Source: Wallemia ichthyophaga EXF-994
Taxonomy: Eukaryota; Fungi; Basidiomycota
NCBI RefSeq assembly: GCF_000400465.1
Contig: NW_008806294.1
Span: 30,001 to 62,000 of the forward strand
Direction: 5' to 3'
Length of the DNA stretch: 32,000 bases
The notes beneath the pieces were generated by a model. It made no database searches. It saw only the letters and a program-made list of their open reading frames with translations, and was not told the DNA's origin. The translations under genes were made by a program, and so were the position numbers. The first letter of the stretch is position 1. Each line of letters opens with the position of its first letter. This document shows, piece by piece, positions 25,006-32,000 of this stretch.

Positions 25006-27007
25006 TCACTCAACATCCCACAGCTCATCCACCCTCACCAACCCACACGCCATTCCCGACGCCAGCAATGCCGCGCGATCACTATCTGGGTTCCACCTAA
25101 GAATGCGCACAGCAGATTCAGCCGGGAAAGGAGCTGCGTATTTACCCAGTTCCTCTCTAGGATGTTTCTCAACCGCGTTGCCAACCTTATTGCCTTTACC
25201 TTTGTCCGTACCCTCTCGATCGCGGTTACTAGGAGGGTTGAGGTGATCAATCATGCGATAAAGCTCTTCACTACGACCGAACTCCACCGCGAAGAGGTCC
25301 ATTGAGTAATAAACCTGCAGACGTCTCGACCGTGCATGCACAATTGCGAGCGGGTTAACCACCTCCACGTGTCCATTCGACCCAGCCACCGCTACGAAAG
25401 GGTGACAAGTAGAAGTGGCTATACTGAGAACTGCGCAGGCGAAATCGGTAAGTTGGGAACCACGTTTGTAATCGCTAGCTAGTAAGCCCTGTGCGACTAC
25501 CGTGTTCTCCCCATTCGCACTAACCATGGCGTTAAGGTGGATAGAGTACCCGACTGTATACGCCACACCACGTATGTGGTCAAACAGAGTCACAGAACCG
25601 CCACTCCCACTCCCACTACCCGCTAGACGCACATCCGTTATGCAGATACTGCCGTCGTAGGCTGACGTGAGCAACTGCGTGTATTCCGCCCGTGGCCCTG
25701 TACTGAGAGTGGGTAAGAGCGTCTTGTGCGTTGTGCTTTCTTCACTTTTATTTTCACCTCCATCTCCTCGAGCCATCTCGTGAGGCGTTATCGCCACCCA
25801 TTGCATACCGTTTATGCCACCCATATGTACATCTATGTATGAGCTTGGCCGGATACTCATACGCCTTTCTCTAAGTGCGGCGCGCAAGTCGTATACAGCC
25901 ACTGCACCGTTAGAGAAACCGACAGCGAGGCGGTTAGAGCTAGCCCATTCGCACGTGAGGCCTTTAGAGGGGGGAGTTTGCATGACAAGGGTAGATGCAG
26001 GAGGGTTCAGGAAGAGGACCTCGCTATCACCCACCCCATAGAAGCGCCGCAAGAGGAGCAAGTCGGGTATGAGCATGACTTGAGCTTGTCCGTCGTTATA
26101 AGTCGCTGCAAGTGCCCCGCTCGTCACGCGCTCGCGCTCCTGATCCCCATACTCCATATATGCAGCATCTGTAGGGCTGAATTTGACATCGAGTGCAACG
26201 CCATGAGAGTGGCAGATTACGGCGAGGAGGGTGATTGAGCAAGGTGTGATTTCTTCGTTGCCGCTCTTGTGCCGTGGCACATACCCCCATAGCTGGATTG
26301 CACTCTTGTACCCCCGCCGGTCGTGTGCGCCGATCCCGTGGGCTGTGGAGTTGTTGTTGAGCACCGATACAGCGAGGATGGAGGGTTGAATGGGTGTGTC
26401 GTTGTCAGCGCTATTCTCCGCGTGATTTATATCCTCAACCTCCACCTCCCGCCACCGCCTCTGCCAATCCAGACCCATGACGCACCCGCCAGCATTAAAG
26501 ACAGAGCCGGGGCTTTGGGAGGTGTGCTCGAGGCTGTTGCTGTGGAAGCGCGGGAAAGAGAAGGGGCGGGTAGAGTGTGTGCTGCCTGCGTGCACGTTTA
26601 TGGGAGGGTTATTCGGGAGGAAATCGTTGCCAGCATCGCTGGAAACGCGCGACCACCGATGAGTCTCGAGCCAGCGCTCCATCGCCTCTAAATCCCTGCT
26701 CGGACTATCAATCTGCACGCCACGTGGATAGATATTCGCCCGGCGTGCGAGATCGACCGAGGAGAGATAGGGGATGAGGATCTGGGCGTGGTCGGCGTCG
26801 GCGGGATCGGCGGGGAGAGTGTGTGCGGTGTGGGCGTGTGCCTCGTGCGGATGGCGCGTGTTGGATGGCCCAATGCCGAGTTGCGCCGGCGCATAGGATC
26901 CCCAGGCTGTGGGGTGTGAGCAGGCTCAGTCGTGCCGGATAGATGGCTCCCCCACGCGGATGTATCGAGTACCGGGCTTTGGATTTCTTGGAAGATGGCG
27001 TACTCAT
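25006..27007 (-). CDS. TFC6: WD40 protein, probably TFIIIC subunit Tfc6/tau91 (Sfc6, GTF3C2-like)
   Basis: The open frame extends upstream of the 570-aa ORF to an acceptor near 26908; the first exon is uncertain (ATG 27007). Motifs GGCVMGLDW, AIQLW, ICHSHGVALDVKFSP, CEWASSNRLAVGFSNG, LLTSAYDG, HPFVAVAGSNG and WNPDSDRAALLASGMACGLVRVD match my recollection of fungal Tfc6. Confidence 0.65.
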
Positions 27008-27102
27008 GACGTCGCCGTGTGTGTCCAAGAACCCCGTCTCCCCATCTTGCACCTCAGCAGCGAAGATCGAATAAAAAAATCTAAAATAATAAAAATTAGA
27101 TA

Positions 27103-28032
27103 ATGGCTGATAATACATCTCCTCCAATCGCACCCGCTGAATCTCCTTCCATTGGTGACTTTGGGATGGCAACCGTCGGCCTCGGATTGGGTGTTGCTGG
27201 GTTGGGCATATCGATGCTGCCGAACATAGCGTGTACCAGGGTCGAAGCCATGTACAAGCCAGTGAGCCAGCCGGCAACCCAGCCAGCCAAATCACGCGCC
27301 AGCTGGGACAATATCAAGCTCTACCTCAGCAAAGACATATTCAAGCCGATTCTCAGGCTGGCCGTCAGCCGCATAGCATCCGAGCGTCTCTTCGCCTTGG
27401 CGGACTACGGGCTTGCTCTGGCCCTCTCCCCAATCCTCCCATACGGCAGGCTCAACGTCAGTATCGGTCCAACCTCCATCCTGCTAGCCTACGCGCCAGG
27501 TGCATTCGCCGTGTCTTTCGCTGCTACTCTCGCTCTCGACACCATCTTCCTTCCTTTCAAGGTGGCTATGACCCGCGCCGCTCTCCTCCCAAGCAGCTCG
27601 TCGTCCTGGGACCTTTTTTCCGCGAGCGAGAGACGCGACCCGACGCAGCTCTACGCTCACCTCCTCCCATCCCTCTTCCAAACCAGCGCTATCAGCACGG
27701 GCACCAGCCTCCTCTCCTCTGCGATCCTCGCCCTCCTCCCCCCAGACAGCTTCCTTGGGCTGCCTGTTAGATTCGCAGGCATCGTCGTCAACCTCACCCA
27801 GTCTCTCGTTATGGCTAGGCTGTGCGCGCAGTACACGGGTAAAGATGAGCAGATGGACTCAGTCGTCCCTCTCCGCCCTCAACCGTACACAGGCTGGTTC
27901 CAGTGCCTCAGAACTACCATCGCTGAAGAAGGCTGGTGGTTCGCTGGCTGGGTCACCATCAACTCGGCTCTCGGTCTCGGTATGGTGGAGGTGTTGACCC
28001 AGACGCAGCAAAGTGTGGAAGCCTCGCAGTAG
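27103..28032 (+). CDS. Degenerate mitochondrial-carrier-fold (SLC25-like) membrane protein
   Basis: Intronless 309-aa hydrophobic ORF with carrier-like half motifs PFKVAMTR and PYTGWFQCLRTTIAEEG. The full Px[DE]xx[KR] triplet is not present. Confidence 0.5.
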   Translation: MADNTSPPIAPAESPSIGDFGMATVGLGLGVAGLGISMLPNIACTRVEAMYKPVSQPATQPAKSRASWDNIKLYLSKDIFKPILRLAVSRIASERLFALADYGLALALSPILPYGRLNVSIGPTSILLAYAPGAFAVSFAATLALDTIFLPFKVAMTRAALLPSSSSSWDLFSASERRDPTQLYAHLLPSLFQTSAISTGTSLLSSAILALLPPDSFLGLPVRFAGIVVNLTQSLVMARLCAQYTGKDEQMDSVVPLRPQPYTGWFQCLRTTIAEEGWWFAGWVTINSALGLGMVEVLTQTQQSVEASQ

Positions 28033-28054
28033 AACAATCATTAAGGATTAGTTA

Positions 28055-28084
28055 CAATTAGCTGCAATTAGCTGCAATTAGCTG
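28055..28084. repeat. Perfect tandem repeat (CAATTAGCTG)x3 in the gap between convergent 3' ends
   Basis: Copies at 28055, 28065 and 28075. Confidence 0.9.
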
Positions 28085-28133
28085 CAAGGCGCAAGTTGTG
28101 TATAGAAGCAACCCTAACAATACAAAGATTATA

Positions 28134-28730
28134 TCACAAATACTTGCGTGCAAATTTCTCAAGTTTTTCGCCAAATGTCTTACCCTGTATGGCATCAGTG
28201 GGTGTGTAGAACGGGTTGAGGAGTGTGTCGAGAAACACCCGCCAGCATTCCTGGAAGAAGTTTCTGATATTGTCGTCGTTGGTGACTGTGTGCAGCAGTA
28301 CGAAGCGGATCGAAGGTGTGATAAACGCACTGACTGTCCACCCGTTGAAGCTGTCGACGGATTTGTGGTACCTGCGGGGCGTAAGAATGCGTATATGCTA
28401 ACCGTACCCACTACCCATCACTCACATGCTATTCGACTTGGTTTGGATATCGTCAATGACGTCGAGAGAAGCGTGTGCGACCAAGTCCATGATATCCTGG
28501 TGCATTTGGAGTGTAGTTTGTGTAGTTTGCGTAGTTTGTGTACTCTGTGCGCCGTGTGTGCCTTGTCCACCCAGTTTACCCCCGCCTCCCCCCACCAAAG
28601 CCGATATCAGGTCCTGAGGCCCACTCACATCGCCACCGCCACCGCCACTGAACCTGGAAGACGCGTACTGAGATTTGAATATCGGGGTGTCTTGGTTATT
28701 GAGGAGGTATAAATGATAAATGGCAGCCAT
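28134..28730 (-). CDS. TRS20: TRAPP subunit Trs20 / sedlin (TRAPPC2)
   Basis: Exons 28730-28426 and 28371-28134 (intron 28372-28425). LVAHASLDVIDD...MYHKSVDSFNGWTVSAFIT...RFVLLH...NDDNIRNFFQE...LLNPFY...ARKYL. Carries a Gly-rich and TQT-repeat insertion. Confidence 0.92.
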
Positions 28731-28758
28731 GGGAGTGAGGGTACAAGGAAGTAAACAG

Positions 28759-29092
28759 TTAAATTAGAGAGCTGAGTGTTTCCTGTGTATCGTATATCGC
28801 GTCAGCACTTGCATCCGCTCCCCGCGCACACACTCAACTCACAGCCAGCGTCGTCGGATCCACGCCCTGTTCAATCACATCCAGGCTACTCGATAGCGTC
28901 TCCTTGCTTATCCCGCTATTCAACGCCTGCGATAGTTCGTAAAGCGCTGTTTTTGCTGTTATATAGCCCTGCCTAGATTATCATACACCCACCATCGAGT
29001 ACTTCCTCTGCAGCCACTGGCTTTTCTGGCTTCTCTGTCGCTGATGTTGGTACTGCCGCTGCTAGCGCGTCTTTGCTCTCTTTCGCCTCCAT
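28759..29092 (-). CDS. MZT1: MOZART1 / gamma-tubulin complex receptor Mzt1 (75 aa), not in the ORF track
   Basis: Exons 29092-28993, 28946-28843 and 28782-28759, with canonical introns 28947-28992 and 28783-28842. Product MEAKESKDALAAAVPTSATEKPEKPVAAEEVLDALYELSQALNSGISKETLSSSLDVIEQGVDPTTLAETLSSLI matches the MOZART1 pattern LxxLxExSxxLNxGxxxETLxxxxxxIExGVxPxxLA. Confidence 0.88.
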
Positions 29093-29145
29093 TTCGCTGT
29101 TTTGCTGCCTTGGTGGCTGTGACTTGTACACCTACCACCACCTCG

Positions 29146-29159
29146 ACGCGTTGACGCGT
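29146..29159. promoter_or_regulatory. Two tandem MluI cell-cycle boxes (ACGCGT) in the MZT1/CDT2 bidirectional promoter
   Basis: ACGCGT at 29146-29151 and 29154-29159, inside the 142-nt gap between ATG 29092 (-) and ATG 29235 (+). Confidence 0.65.
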
Positions 29160-29234
29160 TTTTCAACTTTCCCAAAATCCTCAAAGCACTCCGAGGACAC
29201 GCTTAAACACGTTGATAAACACTACATCCAACAC

Positions 29235-31080
29235 ATGTCGTCCACACGCGATGGCTTGCGCGAATCGATCAACCGCGGATGTGATGTCGGCGTTATTGGA
29301 AGCAGCAGCAGCAGCACTAGCAACCGCGCCACGCCCACCAAACCAAAGATCAAGCTCACTCTCGATCCCTTCTTTTTCGCGCCTAAAAATGGTTCAAAGA
29401 AGCGCAAGCAGGGTGATGACGTCGGTGAGGTGGGCGATCTGGGTGACTTGAACAAATTGCGCGATCCAAACGACACAAACGACGCAGCCCAGCGCAGCTA
29501 CTTGGATAGCACGCGTCGAGCACTCACTCCGCACGCTTACCTGACGCGCACGCGGCTGAAACACTTTGATGGGCAGCTCAGTGCGCATGCGATGGATATG
29601 TGTGGAGCATACGTAGGATCGTTTAGATCCTCAGACACTGTGCACTTCCCCAGCAGGCTCTCCACGCGAACTTACGCTCCTCCACTCACAACCGCGTTCA
29701 TTCCATCCACACGCTCCACCCCCAATCCGATACTGGCAGTGGGGGATGAGGAGGGAGGTGTGACGATGGTTGGTGTTGGAGCTGACGCGTCGCAACCACA
29801 ACCACAATCACAGCAGTCTCACTCGCACTCGACCGTCGGCTGCTTCGACGCGCACGACAACGCGATCTTCGATCTCAGCTTTAGCCGCGACTCGCTCCTC
29901 TTCGCGACAGCATCGGCTGACCAGGAGACACGAGTGTGGGACACGGCTACGCAGACACACACCGCCACCTGCCACGGCCACACAGGCTCCATCAAATCCC
30001 TCGCCTGGTCGCCCTTCTCCACGCCCATACTCGCCAGTGCGGCGCGCGATGGCTGTGAGTGAAGATCGAGGTGCTTCGTACGACACTCACGCTTCTCTGC
30101 CAGCCATTCGGATCTGGGATGCACGGACGCGGTGTCGGGGTGCGAGTGCAGTGGTCAGCGAGGCACGCAATGCACACGACTCACACGACCCATCCGAGCT
30201 AGACAGCCTGCTCACTATTGATAGGGCTCACGCATCTCTCTCCGAGCAGCGCAAACGGAGCAGCATCGGCAGGAGCATCACCCGCTCTGTAACTTCCATC
30301 ACCTTCCTACATACGCGCGACAACACTCTCGCTAGCGCTGGCTCAGCTAATGGCTCAGTCAAGCTGTGGGATGTGCGCGGCGCGAGCTCGAGCTGTCGAC
30401 AGACTACAGGTAGTGGTGCAGACACATCTACACAAAGCAAACAAAGCAAACAAAGCAAACAAGCCAAGGTGAAAAACAGACCGCTCGCTGAAACACCCGA
30501 CATGACTCAGAGTGACAGCGGGAGTGGCAGCCGACGACCGCATGGCGTTGCGCATATGGTCTCGGATGGGCAGTGGTTGTGGACTCTATGTACGAATTCC
30601 ATGTGAGTTGCATATTGAGAAACTGGCTAACTGGGCAACTAAGGCACACCCCACTAACATCTCTACCCAGCATCTACGGCTATCCGGCGAACAACCTAGA
30701 CAGTAAAGTAGACGCACCGATCCAGTTGTCAGATCCGGATATGCAGTGCGCATCTTTCTGGGTCCGGCTGGCTATTAGTCCCGATGCGCGCTATTTGAGC
30801 TGCGGGAGTACTAATGGCAAGGTGTTCAGCTGGGATATCGCCAACAGCAAGAGGATGAAAAGGTCGCAAGGGAAGGCCATCCATTTTACACATGCTAGAC
30901 AGGACCTCCTCTCACAACTCAATCAGCCCGCTAGCGCGGAAGTGGGATCACTCGATTGGGCAGACGATGTGGTGCGTGCTTGTTGCTTGTCGTGACACCC
31001 TCTCTAATCTCGTAACTCATGCACAGCTCGCTACCTGCTCGGATGATATGACTGTGCGTCTCTGGAGACCTCGGCCGTAG
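29235..31080 (+). CDS. CDT2: WD40 CRL4 substrate receptor Cdt2/DTL
   Basis: Introns 30055-30103, 30603-30670 and 30972-31026. LAVGDEEG, FDAHDNAIFDL, ATASADQ, GHTGSIKS, RSVTS, LASAGSANGSVKLWDVR, RPHG, SFWVRLAISPD and LATCSDDMTVRLWRP. Confidence 0.88.
30433..30459. repeat. (CAAAGCAAA)x3 coding repeat encoding QSKQSKQSK in CDT2
   Basis: Three perfect 9-mers. Confidence 0.9.
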
Positions 31081-31164
31081 TTTTCATATAGTTTTCATAT
31101 AGTTTACTTTATTCTACTTTACTTTACGCTGTTGACGCTGTTTAACTTGTTAGTTCTCTCATCG

Positions 31165-32000
31165 CTAATTTATATCCATTCTGCCATTTACATTTCCATC
31201 ACTATTGATGCGCCCCTCGCTGTCGAAATGGGCATGCTTCGGATGAGTCACTATCCACTCGGAGAAGAGGGATGGCGGAGTGCGGAGGAGGTGTTTCAGA
31301 CGGCGGTAAGTGTTGGATGCTTCCGAGTGCTTGAGTTGGAAGTAAGTGGGGTTGGTATTGTCGTCGGCGTCATCCTCCTTGCCGCTCTTTACGTCACTCT
31401 CCCTCTCCCTCTCTCCTTTCTTCACGCTCTTAACTCCCTTCACACATTCCAGACTGAGATAGTGCCGCATCAGGTCTAATCTGCACAAACGGGATCTGCG
31501 GGTGTTGGTGAGTGAGTGTGCGAGTGAGTGTGATTGAGGATGCAAATTTTCACTCCCCACTCACCTGTATTTCCACCAGTACGGCCCGCCGCCGCGGCGT
31601 CGGAAGTTGCCGTTCTTCAGACCCCCTATCACCAATTCTGTCTGTAGGGGTGAATCGCCTGCTACGTAGTTGGCGCAGTGCATGGCGGGAAGTACGGGTG
31701 GGTGTGGGTGTTCGTTCGCATCTTGGCTTGAACTTGCACGTGCACGCGCTTCCACCTCCTCCTTGGCGTGGCAGAAACGCACCTCCGTGAATGCGATCAC
31801 CGGTCTGTGCAAGTGCAAGTGCAAGTGCAAGTGGTCTGTTGGCGTATCCAAGCGCGATGGGCTAGCTTGAGCGCTTTCCTTCGCGCTCTCTCGCACGCTT
31901 TCCTCCACGCGTAGATAGAGTGAGCGGTGGCATTCAGAGAGGTACTTTTGGCGCCCCTCCCCATCCACACTGCTGACACCGCCGATAACAATATTGTGGA
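31165..32000 (-). CDS. TAD1: tRNA-specific adenosine deaminase Tad1/ADAT1, C-terminal part (5' end outside the window)
   Basis: Frame HNIVIGG...ELVIGGLKNG...KYR, intron 31496-31564, then RSRLCRLDL...TYFQLK...YRRLKHLL...FSEWI resembles the C-terminus of ADAR/ADAT1-type deaminase domains. The catalytic HxE and PC motifs are not in the window. Confidence 0.72.
31807..31830. repeat. (GTGCAA)x4 coding microsatellite encoding HLHLHLHL in TAD1
   Basis: Four perfect hexamers at 31807-31830. Confidence 0.9.

Noticed and set aside
27231-27770. 179-aa alternative-frame ORF inside the carrier-like gene
   Set aside because: Expected in GC-rich sequence; P/R/Q-biased with no homology signal.
28098-28712. 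204-aa plus-strand ORF antisense to TRS20
   Set aside because: It crosses the TRS20 intron and repeats without any motif. Shadow ORF in a GC-rich region.
28731-28782. MZT1-TRS20 protein fusion by readthrough or by the alternative acceptor CTCAG in MZT1 exon 3
   Set aside because: Both routes are out of frame with the TRS20 ATG.
29073-29234. N-terminal extension of CDT2 given by the ORF track (TTG start)
   Set aside because: It overlaps the MZT1 start and the MCB-containing promoter. ATG 29235 is the more plausible start.
28055-31830. Short direct repeats as a CRISPR-like array or mobile-element ends
   Set aside because: They are contiguous 6-11 nt tandem repeats without spacers, in a eukaryotic genome, with no transposase or Cas ORF nearby.

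Overview
Eukaryotic (fungal, basidiomycete-like) genomic DNA that is extremely compact: about 19 intact or partial protein genes plus one pseudogene in 32 kb, with short spliceosomal introns (44-69 nt among those mapped), so the ORF track fragments or misses most genes. The compactness and intron size suggest a Wallemia-like fungus, but that is inference, not an identification. Gene order: DENN-domain protein (-, partial), decayed GMC oxidoreductase pseudogene (+), RPS25 (-), NTH1 endonuclease III (+), PAB1 (+), RPS21 (-), LIP5 (-), RSA4/NLE1 (-), PP4 catalytic subunit PPH3 (-), orphan ORF (+), HOP2 (+), ABCC/MRP transporter (+), CAP64-like GDS/DxxH protein (-), CDF zinc transporter (-), TFIIIC Tfc6-like WD40 protein (-), degenerate mitochondrial-carrier-like protein (+), TRS20 (-), MZT1 (-, absent from the ORF track), CDT2 (+), TAD1/ADAT1 (-, partial). 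I found no mobile element, CRISPR array, rRNA or tRNA. The strongest leads are: an MZT1 gene whose stop lies 28 nt from the TRS20 start (candidate dicistronic or overlapping unit), other co-oriented genes with 73-97 nt spacers, tandem MCB boxes in the MZT1/CDT2 bidirectional promoter, an RPS25 start codon split by an intron, a HOP2 gene with an out-of-frame upstream ATG and a GC-AG intron, and a codon-usage switch inside PAB1. All gene models and family calls were made by manual translation and motif recognition; no database search was run.
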